NCBI RefSeq assembly: GCF_964213995.1
Contig: NC_135808.1
Location: 25,668,001-25,732,000, forward strand
Reading direction: 5' to 3'
Length of the DNA stretch: 64,000 nt
DNA from: Mustelus asterias
Lineage: Eukaryota
The position numbers were made by a program, and so were the translations under genes. Positions 58,926 to 64,000 of this stretch are shown here, piece by piece (positions within the stretch are counted from its first letter, which is position 1; each line of letters opens with the position of its first letter). Below the pieces are notes generated by a model. It had not been told where the DNA came from. It ran no database searches and was given only the letters and a program-made list of their open reading frames with translations.

Positions 58926-59539
58926 CAGGCATCCGTGGATGGTTTAGAGGAAATGTCCGTCGTCCATTTGTCTCATTTAACTCACGCATCAGATCCCCAA
59001 GAGGGCAAATATGCTGGGATTCCTGCACGCTTGTGCACTTCCATGCTCTCTTGCCAAGACACATATATTTGTCTGCAATGGTGGAGCTGGAGGTTCCTCG
59101 GCCCCTTGCTTGGCTGGCTTAATACCTGCACGATTCATTGCTTTAACTGGAAAATTCTGATCAGAACAACTTGTGACAGACGAAGGCTGGTATTTTGGTG
59201 AGTGTGTGCTGGTCAACAGTCGACTTCTCAGCTTTGAAATGGCAGCTGCGACCTGCTGATTTGCATTCGCCAGAATTCTATCCCCGCCCGCAACAGGAAT
59301 CGGAACGGGCGAGGGGCAGTCAATGGGAAGTTCTGTTGACCACGGTCGGGATTTTCCGCTCTCAGGTCGAGCGAGACCGTAAAATTCAAAGACTCTAGTG
59401 TTGATTAAACTGAGGTCCGTGAAGCTCCACGTACTTGTGTCGAATTTTTAAGTAACTTTGACGATGCTCAGGTATGGCACATTCTCTGCGGCCTGGCCCA
59501 TAAATTGTGGCTTCCTGACAGTCTTTCTCAGTCGAATCT

Positions 59540-60300
59540 CCTTTCAACCCTGGAAAAAGAATCTGTAGGTTGTTGAAAGTGAAAATAAGTCTGGGGTCCC
59601 AGCGTGGCCTCATCAGAACAAAGCACGAATTCACAGATCATTATGTTATGCGCTCCTGGCTTTACTGTGCAGCGTTCCGAAGTTAAACACTTTGCCGTTT
59701 GGTCTGGCTTGTGTTCGCTCATCTTCAACTTGGCAGCTGTACCGGGTAACAGCACAATGAAAAAAAAAGCAGAAATATGCGCAAAAGAGTTGGTGAAAGA
59801 TCGCTGCACTACTGCACATAGCTGATGACAATAAACGGATCTGATGATGTTCCATTGTAAAGTTTCTTTTTAAAAATCATGCTATTGTGCACTAGAGGAA
59901 TGATGGAGCTTATTTCCTGCAGTTTTAAAGAGTCTGTCTCTGCATGTGCGATTAAATAACTTGGTCAGATATATGGAGGAAATATAGAAAGGTGAGTGCT
60001 GCTCACAGCACTTCTCCTGCACGTGGCAACCTGAGAAAACGATGCAGAATATCATCCTGACAAAGATGACGCCGCACTGAGACTCAGGGTAGACGTAGGT
60101 CTCCAGAGTTTTCAGAAAAGAAGCATTCCCCACAGAACACAATGTTAGCATAGATGAATTTGGAAAAGTCACCGCACACTCGGATCTGCTCTAGTCGGTA
60201 AACAGTTCATTGAGCTTCCTCGCTGGCGAGGAGAAGACACAAGGCAAACACCGTTGCAAAAAAGAAAATCATCAATCTTTATACCGTTACTCAGCCCATC
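59540..60300 (-). pseudogene. Possible degraded delta-group (HCAR/P2Y-like) GPCR
   Basis: Antisense order: IFFFATVFALCLLL, KFIYANIVFC, SQCGVIFVRMI, HRFLRLPR..VL*AALTFLYF, PFIVISY, ISAFFFIVLLPGTAAKL, NSCF....WDPRLIF. Needs several frameshifts. Confidence 0.45.
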
Positions 60301-60356
60301 TCGGCTGGACACACAATCCAAACATAATGGTTATAATGAATCACAAAAGGTTGGTT

Positions 60357-61020
60357 GTAGATGCAGCAGGTAAATGGAATTTTGTCCTTTATTGCTGGAG
60401 GGATGGAGTTTAAAAACAGCGAGGTTATGTCGCAGCTGTATGGGGTGCTGGTGAGGCCACAACTTGAGTACTGTGTACAGTTTTGGGCTCTTTACTTGAG
60501 AAAGGATAGAATGGCACTGACGGGGGCAAAGAGGAGATTCACGAGGTTGATTCCAGAGTTGAGGGGTTTGGCTTTTGAGGAGAGACTGAGTAGACTGGGG
60601 CTATACTCATTGGTATTCAGAAGAATGACGGGAGATCTTATAGAAACATATAAGATTATGGTTGGAATATACAAGATAGAAGCAGGGAAGTTGTTTCCAT
60701 TGGCAAGTGAAACTACAACTAGAACGCATGGCCTCAAAATAAGGGGAGCAGATTTTGGACTGTGTTGAGGACGAACTTCTTCAGAAAAAAAGGTTGTGGA
60801 TATGTGGAATTCCCTGCCCAATGAAGCAGTTGAGGCTACCTCATTGAAAGTTTTTAAGGCTACACAGACAAATTTTTGAACAGTAAAGGAATTAAGGGTT
60901 ACGTGGAGCGGGCGGATAAGTGGAGTTGAGTCCACGAAAAGATCAGCCATGAACTTATTAAATAGTGGAATAGGCTCGAGGCGCCAAATGACCTACTCCT
61001 GCTCCTAGTTCTTATGTTCA
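60357..61020 (+). mobile_element. CR1 3' fragment
   Basis: ORF 60361..60768: LVRPQLEYCVQFW...GLYSLVFRRMTGDLIE. Tail TTCTTATGTTC. Confidence 0.88.
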
Positions 61021-61369
61021 AATGTTCTTCTATATTACATACATTATACACTGATCCAATAGAATTGGCAGATAGCCATGATGGGGGTGCGTGACAGTTC
61101 ATGTCTTGACCCTGACAGCTCGATGACGAGTTGCAGGGTGCCATTGCCAGCCCTGAGTAAGAACAATGTGTCCCTCTGCTCAGCCTGTCCTTATCTCTTC
61201 ATTTGTTCATGTTCCTTTTTCAAACATAGCAATTGTCATCGAGCTGAACTTTTTGTGCTTCATGTAACAGTTAGCAACGCTCCATTTTGTGTATCTTTAT
61301 GTATCAAAACAGTTATATATCCAATAAATATACTTTTATTCTATTTGTAACTCAGGCTATACTGCAGGT

Positions 61370-61942
61370 GCCTCTGTCATACCCATCTTACATATGAAAC
61401 TGTCTCAATGCTTTTTAAAAGACAAAACTGTCCCCGCCTTCCCTCGTACTGCTGGCAGCTCGGTCCAGACAGTCACCACCCTCTGAGTGAAAAACAATCC
61501 CCTTCTGGATCATTTCTTATCTCCCCCTCTCAACTTAAACCTATGCCCTCTAGTTTTAGACTCCCCTGCTCTTGGGGAAAGATGTTGACAATCTCCCTCA
61601 TCGATGCCCCTCATTATGCTGAGAGTCATAGAGGTTTACAGCATGAAAACAGGCCCTTTGGCCCAACTTGTCCATGCCGCCCTTTCTTTTTTAAAACCCC
61701 TAAGCTAATCCCAATTGCCCGCATTTGGCCCATATCCCTCTAAACCCATTTTATCCATGCAACTATCTAAATGCTATTTAAAGGACAAAATTGTACCTGC
61801 CTCTACTACTACCTCTGGCAGCTTGTTCCAGACACTCACCATCCTCTGTGTGAAAAAATTGCCCCTCTGAGCACTTTTGTATCTCTCCCCTCTCACCTTA
61901 AACCTATGCGCTCTAGTTTCAGACTCCCCTACCTTTGGGACA
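61370..61942 (-). mobile_element. Two adjacent CR1 3' fragments (61370-61618 and 61621-61942)
   Basis: RAHRFKVRGERYK..RGNFFTQRMVSVWNKLP. Tail at 61621. Confidence 0.75.
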
Positions 61943-62087
61943 TTAAAGCTCGAGATGGAATAATCTTCCTGGCACAGAATATTTTGCAAGCAGATGGATA
62001 ATGCTCTGGATGATTATTCCCGCTGGGGTTGACGATAAAAACGTTTTCACGTCGATAAACTTGGGCAATAATTAAAGTTGGCTTGAT

Positions 62088-63140
62088 TAGAACAATAGAA
62101 GAGTTTCAGCACATAATGAGGCCATTCGCACGTCTTGTCCATGCCAGCCCAGATGCCCTTCCTAATCTCACCTTCCAGCATCCGGCCCATAGCCCTGTAG
62201 CTTACAGCACTAAACATGCAGATCCAGGTACTTTTTAAAGAGCTGAGGGTCCCTGCCTCCACTACCAACTCGGGCAGCGAATTCCAAACACTCACCACAC
62301 TTTGAGTAAAGAATCTTTCCTCATGTCTCTTCTCCACCTGCAACCACTTATTTTGAAAATATGGCCCCTGCTTCTAGAATTCTCCAAAAAGGGAAAATAA
62401 TTCTCCAGTCTCGTCTACTCCATCTCTTCCCCTCAAAATCTTGTGCACTATTGTCAAGTCACACCTCAGCCTCCGTTGTTTCAAGGAAAGTAACCCCCAG
62501 CCTTTAGGGCGGCACGGTGGCACAGTGTTTAGCACTACTGTCTCACAACGCCAGGCGCCTGGATTCGAGCCCAGGCTTGGGTCACAGTCTGTGTGAAATG
62601 TGTACGTTCTCCCCGTGTCTGCGTGGGTTTCCTCCTAGTGCTCCGGTTTCCTCCCACACGCGAAATATGAGTGGGTTCGGTACATCGGCCATGCTAAATC
62701 GTCCTTAGTGCTGTGGAATGTGTAGGTTGAGGAGATTAGTGGGGTAAATATGTGGGGTTACGGAATAGGGCCGAGGTGGGGTTGTTGTCGCTGCAGACTC
62801 AATGGGTCGTCGAATGACCACCTTGAGTTTCCATGATTCTATCCAATCCCTCTTCATAGCTTCAATTTTCTGACCCTGGCAACATTTTTGTAAACTTCCT
62901 CCGCACTCTCTCCAGAGCAATTACGTCGTTCCTCTAATATGGTGACCAGAACTGCGCACAATCCTCCAGTTGCGGCTGCACCAGTGTTTGATATAATTCC
63001 AAAACTGCATCCTTACTTTTATATTCTATAGTTCTGCCAATGAAGGAGAGAATTCCATATGTCTTCTTTACAACCTTGTCTAATTCAACGACTGCTTTTG
63101 GGGACCTGTGTTCTTGTGCGACAAAATCTCTCACTTCATC
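62088..63140 (-). mobile_element. Degraded CR1 3' fragment interrupted by a SINE
   Basis: YQTLVQPQLEDCAQFWSPY and RFFTQSVVSVWNSLP. Confidence 0.8.
62507..62841 (+). mobile_element. HE1-like V-SINE nested in the LINE
   Basis: GGGCGGCACGGTGGCACAGTG head, V-domain and tail. Confidence 0.88.
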
Positions 63141-64000
63141 TCCCATCAGTAAGAGTGTGGAAGGCAGCTGAGATAAATATTTGAGAAATTCTCTGTGCAA
63201 GGTCAATTAAGCATTGCAGCTACCTATGGCTGGAAACTTCGTGGCGAAATTATTCCCGGGACTTATGTATGCGTTTAGCGTTTCAGATGGAATATTGTGC
63301 ATTTTACTAGCTAAATTAAAACGTTTTGCTCCTTTCCTCTTTTTTATGTAGAATCGTTCGATAAAGAGCCTGCATTTTGTCTTAATATCTATACCAATAA
63401 ACGATTTCAATGTGCATTACGAATGCACATGTAATATATGCTTCCAAACGCCTAAAAATACTTCTCTCATTAATGAAAAACACAGGCTGCCATGTAAGCG
63501 ATTTCAGTTGCACATTTTGAGGCACAATGCTTGCCATGACATTGGGGATATATGCAATGAATCACACGAGAATCTTAAACGGTTGAGTTTTGCCCAGCAG
63601 GGGCGAAGGACATTCTTTTGCATTGGCAGTCTATCCAATTATTCCAGCTGATTAAATTTCAACATTGATCTGCTTGATTTGCCCCAGCAGTCACAATAAA
63701 CTGAAAAACACGTTATTCATGAGGGGGGGACAGGTAACCCATCTGGATGCAGAAAACCCTTTTTAAGTTCCTACTCGGCCCTATTCCTCCTCTACCTTTT
63801 TGAACTACGTTTTAAGACTGTGTGCAGCGTTGGACTTCAATTTTCTGTCAACTGGGAGTCACTCCTTATGCTCCCTCCTTGCTTCTCTTTGCATATGCCT
63901 TTCATTCGTGGAACGTGGGCGTCGCTTGCTGGCCGGCATTTATTGCCAATTCCTAGTTACCTGAAGGCAGTTGAGAGTCAACCACATTGCCTTCATCTGG

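Noticed and set aside
58561-59201. Hydrophobic F/L/S-rich ORFs as membrane proteins (also 49928-50379 and 30337-30560)
   Set aside because: They arise from stop-poor pyrimidine tracts and are open in several frames.
1-64000. Prokaryote-type defence or retron system built around the RT ORFs
   Set aside because: All RTs are CR1-clade LINE ORF2 fragments with typical tails. There is no operon structure.

Overview
Eukaryotic, repeat-rich vertebrate DNA, very likely from a shark. The HE1-type V-SINEs, HER1/CR1 LINEs and Penelope element match elasmobranch families as I recall them. The backbone is a tandem array of three diverged units (roughly 2.4-16.5 kb, 16.7-37.9 kb and 40.4-52.5 kb). Each unit carries a two-exon GPR139-like class A GPCR on the + strand, preceded by a conserved palindrome+TATA promoter. 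Copy 1 is destroyed by LINEs. Copy 2 has an intact exon 1 but a broken exon 2 with no acceptor. Copy 3 has an intact exon 2 but a 17-nt frameshifting deletion in exon 1. The only full-length receptor I can build (324 aa) splices copy-2 exon 1 to copy-3 exon 2 across 25.7 kb. Degraded remnants of what may be a second, P2Y/HCAR-like GPCR family lie antisense between the copies. Other features: a Penelope-like GIY-YIG element with a 9-bp TSD and a minimal hammerhead ribozyme, a 29-bp in-frame micro-insertion inside a LINE RT, three locally templated duplications, and many CR1 LINE and SINE insertions. No rRNA, genuine tRNA or CRISPR array was found. All alignments and identities were done by eye.
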